Assembly: GCF_006345805.1 (NCBI RefSeq)
Contig: NC_043007.1
Span: 28,768,001-28,832,000 of the forward strand
Source of the DNA: Octopus sinensis
Taxonomy: Eukaryota
Direction of reading: 5' to 3'
Length of the DNA stretch: 64,000 nucleotides
In this document: positions 11,372-24,318 of the stretch, in pieces
Layout of the letters: each line of letters starts with the position of its first letter
Numbering within the stretch: the first letter of the stretch is position 1
Program-made: the position numbers and the translations under genes
The notes under the pieces: generated by a model
Databases searched by the model: none
What the model was told of the DNA's origin: nothing
What the model saw: only the letters and a program-made list of their open reading frames with translations

Positions 11372-14300
11372 ATGCTGCCTCACTCCCTAACAACCTCCAC
11401 CACTGTTTCCCTGCCTCACTCTCTAACGACCTCCACCACTGTTTCCCTGCCTCACTCTCTAACAACCTCCACCACTGTTTCCCTGCCTCACTCTCTAACA
11501 ACCTCCACCACTGTTTCCCTGCCTCACTCTCTAACGACCTCCACCACTGTTTCCCTGCCTCACTCTCTAACGACCTCCACCACTGATTCCCTGCCTCACT
11601 CTCTAACAACCTCCACCACTGTTTCCCTGCCTCACTCTCTAACAACCTCCACCACTGTTTCCCTGCCTCACTCTCTAACAACCTCCACCACTGTTTCCCT
11701 GCCTCACTCTCTAACGACCTCCACCACTGTTTCCCTGCCTCACTCTCTAACGACCTCCACCACTGATTCCCTGCCTCACTCTCTAACAACCTCCACCACT
11801 GTTTCCCTGCCTCACTCTCTAACGACCTCCACCACTGTTTCCCTGCCTCACTCTCTAACGACCTCCACCACTGTTTCCCTGCCTCACTCTCTAACGACCT
11901 TCACCACTGTTTCCCTGCCTCACTCTCTAACAACCTCCACCACTGTTTCCCTGCCTCACTCCCTAACAACCTCCACCACTGTTTCCCTGCCTCACTCTCT
12001 AACAACCTCCACCACTGTTTCCCTGCCTCACTCTCTAACAACCTCCACCACTGTTTCCCTGCCTCACTCCCTAACAACCTCCACCACTGTTTCCCTGCCT
12101 CACTCTCTAACGACCTCCACCACTGTTTCCCTGCCTCACTCTCTAACAACCTCCACCACTGTTTCCCTGCCTCACTCCCTAACAACCTCCACCACTGTTT
12201 CCCTGCCTCACTCCCTAACAACCTCCACCACTGTTTCCCTGCCTCACTCTCTAACAACCTCCACCACTGTTTCCCTGCCTCACTCTCTAACAACCTCCAC
12301 CACTGTTTCCCTGCCTCACTCTCTAACAACCTCCACCACTGTTTCCCTGCCTCACTCTCTAACGACCTCCACCACTGTTTCCCTGCCTCACTCTCTAACA
12401 ACCTCCACCACTGTTTCCCTGCCTCACTCCCTAACAACCTCCACCACTTTTCCTCATTCTCTAACGACCTCCACCACTGTTTCCCTGCCTCACTCCCTAA
12501 CAACCTCCACCACTGTTTCCCTGCCTCATTCTCTAACGACCTCCACCACTGTTTCCCTGCCTCACTCCCTAACAACCTCCACCACTGTTTCCCTGCCTCA
12601 CTCCCTAACAACCTCCACCACTGTTTCCCTGCCTCACTCTCTAACAACCTCCACCACTGTTTCCCTGCCTCACTCTATAACAACCTCCACCACTGTTTCC
12701 CTGCCTCACTCTCTAACAACCTCCACCACTGTTTCCCTGCCTCACTCCCTAACGACCTCCACCACTGTTTCCCTGCCTCACTCTCTAACAACCTCCACCA
12801 CTGTTTCCCTGCCTCACTCTCTAACGACCTCCACCACTGTTTCCCTGCCTCACTCCCTAACAACCTCCACCACTGTTTCCCTGCCTCACCCCCTAACGAC
12901 CTCCACCACTGTTTCCTTGCCTCACTCTCTAACAACCTCCACCACTGTTTCCCTGCCTCACTCTCTAACGACCTCCACCACTGTTTCCCTGCCTCACTCC
13001 CTAACAACCTCCACCACTGTTTCCCTGCCTCACTCTCTAACGACCTCCACCACTGTTTCCCTGCCTCACACTCTAACGACCTCCACCACTGTTTCCCTGC
13101 CTCACTCTCTAACAACCTCCACCACTGTTTCCCTGCCTCACTCTCTAACAACCTCCACCACTGTTTCCCTGCCTCACTCCCTAACAACCTCCACCACTGT
13201 TTCCCTGCCTCACTCTCTAACAACCTCCACCACTGTTTCCCTGCCTCACTCTCTAACGACCTCCACCACTGTTTCCCTGCCTCACTCTCTAACGACCTCC
13301 ACCACTTTCCCTGCCTCACTCTCTAACGACCTCCACCACTTGGTCCCTGCCTCACTCCTAACGACCTCCACCACTGTTTCCCTGCCTCACTCTCTAACAA
13401 CCTCCACCACTGTTTCCCTGCCTCACTCCCTAACAACCTCCACCACTGTTCCCTGCCTCACTCCCTAACAACCTCCACCACTGTTCCCTGCCTCACTCTC
13501 TAACAACCTCCACCAATGTTTCCCTGCCTCACTCTCTAACACCTCCACACTGTTTCCTGCCTCACTCCTAACAACCTCCACCACTGTTCCCTGCCTCACT
13601 CATAACAACCTCCACCACTGTTTCCCTGCCTCACTCTCTAACAACCTCCACTACTGTTTCCCTGCCTCACTCTCTAACAACCTCCACCACTGTTTCCCTG
13701 CCTCACTCCCTAACAACCTCCACCACTGTTTCCTGCCTCACTCTCTAACGACCTCCACCCTGTTTCCCTGCCTCACTCTCTAACGACTCCACCACTGTTT
13801 CCCTGCCTCACTCTCTAACAACCTCCACCACTGTTTCCCTGCCTCACTCTCTAACGACCTCCACCACTGTTTCCCTGCCTCACTCCTAAAACCTCCACCA
13901 CTGTTTCCTGCCTCACTCTCTAACAACATCCACCACTGTTTCCCTGCCTCACTCTCTAACAACTCCACCATGTTTCCCTGCCTCACTCTCTAACGACCTC
14001 CACCACTGTTTCCCTGCCTCACTCTCTAACAACCTCCACCACTGTTTCCTGCCTCACTCTCTAACGACCTCCACCACTGTTTCCCTGCCTCACTCTCTAA
14101 CAACCTCCACACTGTTTCCCTGCCTCACTCTCTAACGACCTCCACCACTGATTCCTGCCTCACTCTCAACGACCTCCACCACTGTTTCCCTGCCTCACTC
14201 TCTAACGACCTCACCACTGTTTCCCTGCCTCACCCCCTAACGACCTCCACCTGTTTCCCTGCCTCACTCTCTAACACACTCCACCACTGTTTCCTTGCCT

Positions 14301-16237
14301 CACTCTCTAACGACCTCCACCACTGTTTCCCTGCCTCACTCCCTAACAACCTCCACCACTGTTTCCCTGCCTCACTCTCTAACGACCTCCACCACTGTTT
14401 CCCTGCCTCACACTCTAACGACCTCCACCACTGTTTCCCTGCCTCACTCTCTAACAACCTCCACCACTGTTTCCCTGCCTCACTCTCTAACAACCTCCAC
14501 CACTGTTTCCCTGCCTCACTCCCTAACAACCTCCACCACTGTTTCCCTGCCTCACTCTCTAACAACCTCCACCACTGTTTCCCTGCCTCACTCTCTAACA
14601 ACCTCCACCACTGTTTCCCTGCCTCACTCTCTAACGACCTCCACCACTGTTTCCCTGCCTCACTCTCTAACAACCTCCACCACTGTTTCCCTGCCTCACT
14701 CTCTAACGACCTCCACCACTGTTTCCCTGCCTCACTCTCTAACAACCCTCCACCACTGTTTCCCTGCCTCACTCTCTAACGACCTCCACCACTGTTCCCT
14801 GCCTCACTCTCTAACGACCTCCACCACTGTTTCCCTGCCTCACTCTCTAACGTCTAACGACCTCCACCACTGTTTCCCTGCCTCACCCTCACCCCCTAAC
14901 GACCTCCACCACTGTTTCCCTGCCTCACTCTCTAACAACCTCCACCACTGTTTCCCTGCCTCACTCTCTAACGACCTCCACCACTGTTTCCCTGCCTCAC
15001 TCCCTAACAACCTCCACCACTGTTTCCCTGCCTCACTCTCTAACGACCTCCACCACTGTTTCCCTGCCTCACTCCCTAACAACCTCCACCACTGTTTCCC
15101 TGCCTCACTCTCTAACAACCTCCACCACTGTTTCCCTGCCTCACTCTCTAACGACCTCCACCACTGTTTCCCTGCCTCACTCTCTAACGACCTCCACCAC
15201 TGTTTCCCTGCCTCACTCTCTAACGACCTCCACCACTGTTTCCCTGCCTCACTCTCTAACGACCTCCACCACTGTTTCCCTGCCTCACTCTCTAACAACC
15301 TCCACCACTGTTTCCCTGCCTCACTCTCTAACAACCTCCACCACTGTTTCCCTGCCTCACTCTCTAACAACCTCCACCACTGTTTCCCTGCCTCACTCTC
15401 TAACGACCACCTCCACCACTGTTTCCCCTGCCTCACTCTCTAACGACCTCCACCACTGTTTCCCTGCCTCACTCTCTAACAACCTCCACCACTGTTTCCC
15501 TCCTCCCTGCCTCACTCTCTAACGACCTCCACCACTGTTTCCCTGCCTCACTCTCTAACAACCTCCACCACTGTTTCCCTGCCTCACTCTCTAACAACCT
15601 CCACCACTGTTTCCCTGCCTCACTCTCTCTAACAACCTCCACCACTGTTTCCCTGCCTCACTCTCTAACGACCACCTCCCCACTGTTTCCCTGCCTCACT
15701 CTCTAACAACCTCCACCACTGTTTCCCTGCCTCACTCTCTAACGACCTCCACCACTGTTTCCCTGCCTCACTCTCTAACAACCTCCACCACTGTTTCCCT
15801 GCCTCACTCTCTAACGACCTCCACCACTGATTCCCTGCCTCACTCTCTAACGACCTCCACCACTGTTTCCCTGCCTCACTCTCTAACGACCTCCACCACT
15901 GTTTCCCTGCCTCACTCTCTAACGACCTCCACCACTGTTTCCCTGCCTCACTCTCTAACGACCTCCACCACTGTTTCCCTGCCTCACTCTCTAACAACCT
16001 CCACCACTGTTTCCCTGCCTCACTCTCTAACAACCTCCACCACTGTTTCCCTGCCTCACTCTCTAACAACCTCCACCACTGTTTCCCTGCCTCACTCTCT
16101 AACGACCTCCACCACTGTTTCCCTGCCTCACTCTCTAACGACCTCCACCACTGTTTCCCTGCCTCACTCCCTAACAACCTCCACCACTGTTTCCCTGCCT
16201 CACTCTCTAACGACCTCCACCACTGTTTCCCTGCCTA
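11372..16237. repeat. 36-bp minisatellite, ~135 copies (CTGCCTCACTCTCTAACAACCTCCACCACTGTTTCC)
   Basis: 12-aa periodicity in the ORF track (LPHSLTTSTTVS / LESEAGKQWWRL). Two main variable sites (CTCT/CCCT and AACA/AACG). Indel-rich stretch ~13300-14300. Confidence 0.98.
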
Positions 16238-16868
16238 GCATCAACACCCAAACCAATACAACTGCTGCAATTCCCAAACTAACAACAACAACAGCAGCAG
16301 CTACAGTAGTAGGAAGAAAATAAGCAACTCTGTGTGAAATGAAAGGCATTATGGACATGAGATAATAATGGAGCCCTAGCGTGTATTTTAAGGCTTGAAT
16401 GTGTTTGATCTTTGGTCAATGAATATTGACTTGAGACTAAATAGTCTTGACTACAATTAAGAAGGACCCTGTGGCCATTGCCAACACCATCAACAATACT
16501 CTTTACCCTCACACCAACTTTTGAATAACTATTTAACAACAACAACAACAACAAGGACAATGCAGCGTAACTGCCAATGGTCGTAGCTTCGTCTGTCAAC
16601 AATTTGTGTGGGTTTTTTTATGGCTTAAGAGGTGCAAGGAGTGAAGTGCCTTTGAACCTGGGAACCTTCAACCAACAAAATTATGAAGAACTCATTTTCA
16701 AAGATGCTTAAACATGGCTTATATTAAAAAAACAAACAAAACAAAACAAGAACTCTCTGCTATGCAATACATCTTACCATACGCTGTATGAAAATAACTT
16801 GTAGGTTGTGATTTGGCTGCTATTTCTTGTGGTTCAATCAAGAGCTATGGACTTAGTAAAACACTTAC

Positions 16869-16987
16869 TTCTTTTCTTCTTTGTTAGTTGTTTGTCTTGC
16901 ATTGTTTCTACCAAACAGAGTCTCACGGAATCACTTTTGGACATCTTTTCAGTTACTTTCACCCAGTTATTACATTGAAATATAGAT
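16869..16987 (-). CDS. LOXHD1: LOXHD1-like exon (end of penultimate PLAT plus linker)
   Basis: CCGTCAG acceptor (phase 2), GTAAGT donor (phase 1), 119 nt. Reads SIFQCNNWVKVTEKMSKSDSVRLCLVETMQDKQLTKKKR. Confidence 0.85.
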
Positions 16988-17449
16988 CTGACGGCCAGCA
17001 AACAGAAAAAAATATTGAATGTTAAACAAGTTTAGAAATTCTCTTTGTTCTTCATAAACGAAGTGTTTAAACCTTCCACATAAAGTTTAGTGAGATTTCT
17101 ATATTAGACTGAATTCATTTCATCACACATATATACATGTGTATATATACACAATCTATGTATGCAGGGGCAACAGATGAGGTTGAGAGGACCTCAATAT
17201 AGAAGACACTTAGCAGCACCGATCAAAGGATTTGCACTCTGATATTTTTACCAAGGACCAAGTCATCAAGGTAAAGAGTGGCCATAGGGGTGTCCAAGGG
17301 AGCAGATAAGGAGACAAATGATTCAAATAAACATAAAAAACCTTGGGTTTTAAAGTACAAAATCCATGTCCATGTAAAAGGAGAAGGCAGGCTTAAAGTT
17401 TTCAGATGATCAATGATCAAGTATAAACGTTATATGTTTAAATAAAGCA

Positions 17450-19975
17450 CATCTTTATGCAGCTATTTTCATCCCCATGCATCACATGACCCCACCAGCA
17501 CAGACTCCCCTCTTGCACACCACATCTGATGCTTCTTGTATCTAATGCATCTCTTAAAACTTTCACACTTTGTCATACATGTACACCGACCCTGTAAATC
17601 TAATGGAACATGCTGGCTTCATTCCTTTCAAACCTCCACATGTCCTCTGCATCCTCAGTCCACATTTCACTATCAGGTAGCAATCGGCCTTTCACTCTGA
17701 GCGAGAGGCCCTTGGTTACCAACAAAGGCAGAAGCTCTCTGAACGTTACTCAGCCTGTTCTTATTCTAGCAACTATGCTTTCAGAACATCTTTCTCCACT
17801 GCTAAGTCGGTCACCCGGGTAATGGAAACTATCTGCTTTGTCTAAGGATTCCCCTGGACCTTTGAGCAAATCCATTCCCTGTGGGTTCTTCCTTCCTATT
17901 TTCCACATCTTCCACACACACAAACACTACTTTCTGTGTTCATTTCCTCTAATTCCACTCTGCATCTCATGTGACCACAGTTTGCACTGGGTACCCCATA
18001 TGGAATTTCGACTGACACCTTTTCTGCATATCAAGCAGAGCTGTTTCCCCTCAAGGGATTTGTAAATTATCTGCTTTCCAGTTTAGTATTACTTTGGTCT
18101 TTGCTAAATTAACCTCTATGGTTTTTTGATTCCAGTTTTTGCTTTCACACCTGAAATTTTTTTCCTCAAATTTACCATAAATTCAGCCATAAGGAGAAAG
18201 CCATTAGCTTAGAGGAGCTCCCATGGGCAACTAGTTTTAAATTCCTCTGTTATAATCTGGAGGACGATGATAAACAAATAGGGGCCGAGAGGTGATCCTT
18301 GGTAAACCCTGATCTGCACTTCAACTTCATTGCTATACCCTTTGCTGACTTTCCCCTTACTAACACCTTTCCTCTACAGAGCTTGGACAGCTCTCAGCAG
18401 CTACTAATCTACTCTCAGCTTCCGTATCGACCATCGGATGAGCGAAGTGTCCTCTCAATGGCCTTCTCCAGTTTACTTTTCGTTAAATGCTTCTCTCCAG
18501 CAGTTGCACTTCTCCCTGATATAAAACCAAACTGCATCACAACTCGTTAACTCTCTAATTAGTTGGTCCCTTTCTATAACTTTCATGCCTTAGTTCAGCA
18601 GTTTGCTATAATGTTGCTACACCAGTCATTGTGGATGATCCCTTCTTGGACAATGCGATTAACTATAATGTTGCTGACTTGGCCAACTCCCGCTCTGCCA
18701 TATATTCTAAGCATCTTGGCAGTAATTCCCAATAGACCAGGGAGCTTTCCTTAATTTCATATCCTTAATTACTTTATTTTATCTTACTACAGTCAACTCA
18801 GCTGGTCCCTCTCTTGAATCCACATTAGGAAGCCTCCTCTTCTTCCATGTATTTCACAGTAACACTTCCATGCCTCTTTCATTGCAAAATCCCCAAGTGC
18901 AAGGACGTCATCATCCATCTGAACACATTTCTTTCCTTCAACATCTCGATTTTTTTCCGACACACTGTCTTGCAATCCGGAGCACCTCATATCCCTGGCA
19001 AACATCTTCTTTTCTGTTTTTCCCCTGTTGCTTGGCTTCTCTTCTCGCTCCCTAGAATAGTTCTCTGCTACCCATACTCTTCCAAGTCTGTTTCTTTGCA
19101 GTTATGGCACTGTCTACTTCACTATTCTACCACCATGTCATCCTAGGTCTGGTTGAAACTTTGTACCTGCAACAAATTTGGTCTAGGGCCGCAGTAAGTT
19201 GTCCCATAGAAACTTCCAGTTATCCTCTGGGTTGTGTCTCTAAATCTCAGACTTTCCAAGGGGTCCTCAATTTTCCAGATCTTCCTTTTCCACATTAATT
19301 TCCTCCTTGGAGTCCTTCTAGCCTGAAGTCTCAAGTCAATAATGGCTAACCTATGTTGAGAAGTACATTTTCTACCTGGGAGCAACTATCTGACCATCCC
19401 ATTACCTGGCAAGAATGTAGCTAATCCAGCTTGTGTGGCCATCATATTGATAAGTAAAAAAAGGTGACCAGTTGGTTTCCTGAAGTTAGTGTTGCAGATC
19501 ATTTGGTCATTTTGGGAACAAACTCTATGGAACCAGCAGCACACCATGGAAACCATCCGAATGCCACACAACATTTCCATTGAAGTTGCCAAACATGAAG
19601 ATAAGCTTGCTGCCATTTGTAATTGGGACAGTTGACAAAAAAGGCTTTTGTAAAGTTGATCATTTTGTTTGTCTGCCTCTTTCAGTTGAGGAGCAGAAGC
19701 AGACGTAACAGTTGCTGTTCTCCTTTACAAAACTAGTCTAAGCATCCCATTGCACATTCTGGCGATCTTCATCCCTTTATCCACCCATCTATCAGCTAAA
19801 AGTAGCCCCACATCAGCTGTCCAATCACCATTGCCTTCCCAGAAGATTTTATACCTATGTTCTTTGCCTGTGAGGAACTTGGCTGAGGCTGCCTTCCAAC
19901 TCACTTCTTGAAGACAAGGCACATTTACACACCTTCTGGCTTCTATTAATCTCACCAGATGTCTGTAAAGGTCTG
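17450..19975 (-). mobile_element. Older, internally deleted near full-length RTE LINE of the same family (APE, RT, Cys finger, C-terminus)
   Basis: APE remnants CLQEVSWKAASAKFLTGKEHRYKIFWEGN, ICNTNFRKPTGHL and CTSQHRL. RT remnant QGSPLGPYLF...CPWELL*ANG (decayed YADD). Many stops. Confidence 0.9.
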
Positions 19976-20562
19976 CATGGAACAACATGGAAAGCAGACG
20001 TTAAACGATGACAACGACAATGATGATAATGATGATGTTTGTTAGTGGGCATATCAAGTCAGTTTGTTCTCAAATTTAATTTACCATTATGCAATCGTTC
20101 CACTCTTGTTGCCTTGACCAGAAAAATGTGAGATAAACGACTTCTGTTTATACAAAGATAAATAATAACTGATGAATTGATTATCTGACTGGTGAGTATC
20201 CTTCATTTACATTTCTGATTTGGGAGGTGTTAGCTGTGCCTTTTATGTTTTACAATATAAAAAGGCATAGCTAACACCCTTTGCATTTTCAAGGCAGGGA
20301 CAGGGTAGTGACGAAGGGGGAAGAAACAAAGAATAATGATCTGGTTCACATTAAAGAAGCAGCAGTAGACAAGAATCCATTCGAAATTACATTGAAGATG
20401 ATGCAAGAGGCTGGTTTTGAGAGAAATGCAAGTTGTGAAAGCTAAATATTGTTCCATCTTTAATGGAATTCAAATTAATTGAAGAACAAAAAATAAAACA
20501 AAATCAGTATTTGACATTAATTAATGAAGTGTTGTGTAGAATATTGAAACAATACTGTGTAC

Positions 20563-20748
20563 ATGTTGGCTGTCACTTCATCAATCACTGTAATTTGATC
20601 ACACAACCAGAAGTTAGCATTAGAAGATCTATGTGATGATGATGATGATGATGATGACGACATCCCAGTATGGAATACAGCTCCTAAGTAGCAGTTCTTT
20701 ATCTCACCAACAGGTGGACAAGTGAAAGTAAATCCATCAGTCTTCCCT
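20563..20748 (-). CDS. LOXHD1: LOXHD1-like exon (middle of penultimate PLAT, with poly-Ser)
   Basis: TTATTTCAG acceptor (phase 2), weak AT|GTACAC donor (phase 2, fits next exon), 186 nt. Reads GKTDGFTFTCPPVGEIKNCYLGAVFHTGMSSSSSSSSSHRSSNANFWLCDQITVIDEVTAN. Confidence 0.8.
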
Positions 20749-20795
20749 CTGAAATAACAACAACAACAACAATAATAACAGCAATAATAATAATA

Positions 20796-20954
20796 ATAAT
20801 GGTTTCAAATTGTGGCCAGCAATTTCAGGGAAGGGATAAATTGCTTATCCTCCCTCCAGATGAAAGCAAAGTTACCTTGCTGGAATTTGAACTCAGAACA
20901 TAAAGGACAGATGGAATGCAGACGAGCCTTTTGCCCGGAACGTTTGACAGCCTC

Positions 20955-20999
<45 letters not shown>

Positions 21000-21827
21000 C
21001 CTTTCTACTAAAGGTACAAGCTTTAAATTTGTGGGGAGGGGACTGGTCAATGACATCGACCCAGTGTCTCACTGGTACTTGAGTTACCGACCCCCAAAAG
21101 ATGAAAAGCAAAGCCAACGTTGGCAGGATTTGAACTCAGAATGTAAAATAGGAAGAAATACTGCCAAGCAGTTTTCCTGATGCAGTAACGATTCTTCCAG
21201 CTCACCACCTTAGCAATAATAATAATAATAATAATAATCTTTTCTACTAAAGGCACAAGGCCTGAAATTTGGGATAGGTGTGTAGTTGATGACATTGACC
21301 CCTGAAGGATGCAAGGCAAAGCTGACCTTGGCAGAATTTGAACTCAGAATGTAAAAGATGAAATGCCGCTAAGCATTTTTCCCAGTGTGCTAACAATTCT
21401 GCCAGCTCGCCACCTTAATAATAATAATAATGATAATAATAATAATAATAACAATAATCCTTTCTACTAAAGGCAGAAGGCTTGAAATTTTGAGGAAGGG
21501 GACTAGTCAGTTACATTGACCCCAGTGTTTTCACTATTACTTAATTTATTGACCCCCAAAAGGATGAAAGGCAAAGTCAACCTTGGCAGAATTTGAATTC
21601 CTCAGAATGTAAAGATGAATGAAATGCCATGAAGCATTTTACCTGGTCTGCTAATGATTCAGCCAGCTCGTTACCTCTTCCTCCTCCTCCTCCTCAACAG
21701 CAACAAAACCAAATATATGGCACCCTAGGCATAACACCAAAGCGAACTTCCAACCTGTTGTCTCTTGAGGTCTCTGGGTGAGACTTGGAGCCAACTTGTA
21801 CAAATGCAAAGCAAAAGTCAAACACAA

Positions 21828-21866
<39 letters not shown>

Positions 21867-22520
21867 CCTTTCTACTAAAGGTACAAGCTTTAAATTTGTG
21901 GGGAGGGGACTGGTCAATGACATCGACCCAGTGTCTCACTGGTACTTGAGTTACCGACCCCCAAAAGATGAAAAGCAAAGCCAACGTTGGCAGGATTTGA
22001 ACTCAGAATGTAAAATAGGAAGAAATACTGCCAAGCAGTTTTCCTGATGCAGTAACGATTCTTCCAGCTCACCACCTTAGCAATAATAATAATAATAATA
22101 ATAATCTTTTCTACTAAAGGCACAAGGCCTGAAATTTGGGATAGGTGTGTAGTTGATGACATTGACCCCTGAAGGATGCAAGGCAAAGCTGACCTTGGCA
22201 GAATTTGAACTCAGAATGTAAAAGATGAAATGCCGCTAAGCATTTTTCCCAGTGTGCTAACAATTCTGCCAGCTCGCCACCTTAATAATAATAATAATGA
22301 TAATAATAATAATAATAACAATAATCCTTTCTACTAAAGGCAGAAGGCTTGAAATTTTGAGGAAGGGGACTAGTCAGTTACATTGACCCCAGTGTTTTCA
22401 CTATTACTTAATTTATTGACCCCCAAAAGGATGAAAGGCAAAGTCAACCTTGGCAGAATTTGAATTCCTCAGAATGTAAAGATGAATGAAATGCCATGAA
22501 GCATTTTACCTGGTCTGCTA
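20796..22520 (-). mobile_element. Head-to-tail chain of family-A SINE copies separated by (AAT)n tracts
   Basis: Repeated GAATTTGAACTCAGAA B-box complement and GCAAAGTC..CTTGGCAG core. Four copies up to ~21672, then three more within the duplication. Confidence 0.85.
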
Positions 22521-22694
22521 ATGATTCAGCCAGCTCGTTACCTCTTCCTCCTCCTCCTCCTCAACAGCAACAAAACCAAATATATGGCACCCTAGGCATA
22601 ACACCAAAGCGAACTTCCAACCTGTTGTCTCTTGAGGTCTCTGGGTGAGACTTGGAGCCAACTTGTACAAATGCAAAGCAAAAGTCAAACACAA

Positions 22695-22724
<30 letters not shown>
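20991..22724. repeat. 867-bp tandem duplication (two copies, apparently identical)
   Basis: Identical ORF translations offset by 867 (21047/21914; 21694/22561). Junctions lie in (AAT)n. Confidence 0.95.
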
Positions 22725-22725
<1 letters not shown>

Positions 22726-22922
22726 GAGAGAAATCGTTCTGCTGTATGTCAATAACAATTTGCATGATTTGTGGAAGATATTGATACTATTTTTGTAGGT
22801 CAAGCTACCACATAGAAGCTGGACTTAGTGGTTCAAATTCCAGTGGTTCAATGTCCAAAATACTTCCTGGAAATATCAACAACCAAAATATTTGTTGCAA
22901 TGAAACTTTGATAAAATCTTAC

Positions 22923-23061
22923 TTTTGGAAGAATTTTCCCTCAGAATTTTTGATTTTCTCAATGATGCAAGTTGTTTGTTTGTCTCCTTCTAAAATAAAC
23001 CAAACATCATCCGAAATACTGGCATCTTTCTGGTCCGATGTTGTGATGATAATTCGGTAAA
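22923..23061 (-). CDS. LOXHD1: LOXHD1-like exon (start of penultimate, divergent PLAT)
   Basis: TCTTCCAG acceptor (phase 1), GTAAGA donor (phase 2), 139 nt. Reads YRIIITTSDQKDASISDDVWFILEGDKQTTCIIEKIKNSEGKFFQ. Confidence 0.85.
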
Positions 23062-23316
23062 CTGGAAGATAAAACAAGGAGACTTAAAGTACTGCATTTG
23101 TTGGCCTCAATATTTGACTGTTAATAAGAGGGAACGATTGCTTGGTTGATGTTAGCAATGGCATCCAGTCATAGAAACCATGTGAAAACAGACATGGAAC
23201 CCAGGAAGCACTCCAGCTGGCTACCTCCTGCCAAACCGTCCAACCCATGCTAGCACGGAAAATGAACATTAAATGATATTTGTATGTATGTACATACACA
23301 CTTACATACCTACATA

Positions 23317-24306
23317 CAGTAATACCTCACTTTATGAAGACCCATTTTATGAGACCCCAGGTTTACAAGTTTTATTTTTTTAAGCACAAAATCCAAATTT
23401 TGAACAAAGTGCAGACATTTCTTCTACCATAACATACGTTTCTGCATGTTACCAAGAAATTTAAAGAGAGCAAAAAAAAAAAAAAGATTTTTCTAAGCAA
23501 ACAACTCTAGACTTGTTTTTTAAAAAGAAATCTACTACAAGTCCATCTACAAAGGCTTGTGAATTGGTGATCGTACCTACAAATGATGGTGTGCACGGGT
23601 CTAGTGTGAGTGGAAGTGATTCAGAAAATGATTATAATAATAATAATAATAATAATATTTTTTTAATTATAAATGATCTTGACATTGCTGTTACTTTACA
23701 TAAAATATTCAGTGCTACTTTGGTGTGTGATCTACAAGTGAGATTACTTTAGGTTACTTTTTAAACTATTTTGTATATACTTAGCATTGTAAATGTATTT
23801 TTCAAAATTTTTACTATTTTAATAAGAAAACCAAATAAAAATTAAAATAAGCATGTAGATCACCCACCAAAGTAAATTTGCTCACATAGATCAGATGGAA
23901 AGCAGCACTGACACAAAGTAAACTAAAAAGCAACTCAAAGTAATCTCCCTTTAAATTGTAGATCACACACCAAAGTGGCACCTTTCTTTTTCTTAAGAAA
24001 TGATGTGAATTTAGTGTGGGTTTCTTGTAAAAATGCAACTGTCTTCATCTCTTTGCTGATCACATTGTAAAAAATCTCTAGATAGCATCTTATGGTTTTT
24101 TAGAAATTGAACAGTGAACTAAAAAGTAACCTAAAGAAATCTTCCTTGTAGACCACATGCCAAAGTAGCACCAAATATTCTTTACATCCTATTGTTGTTT
24201 CATTGCCATTTATTTACAAGTATCATAAATTTTATAGGTAAAATATTTGTACAGTTTATAACATGGTTTCTGGGAACAAGTTAACTTATATATCGAGGCA
24301 TTACTG
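23317..24306. mobile_element. Non-autonomous pogo/Tigger-like DNA element
   Basis: Termini CAGTAATACCTC and (reverse complement) CAGTAATGCCTC, TA on the left flank. Internal imperfect inverted repeats (23720-23770 vs 23920-23980 and 24115-24180). Confidence 0.55.
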
Positions 24307-24318
24307 TGTGTGTATATA

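Noticed and set aside
11307-16177. Minus-strand (LESEAGKQWWRL)n ORFs as LOXHD1 exons
   Set aside because: The flanking exons 16869 and 5547 already join in phase, and I saw no convincing splice sites. These ORFs are a by-product of the 36-bp unit.
11372-16237. CCCTAA hexamers suggesting interstitial telomere
   Set aside because: Only one hexamer occurs in a minority unit variant, never in tandem.
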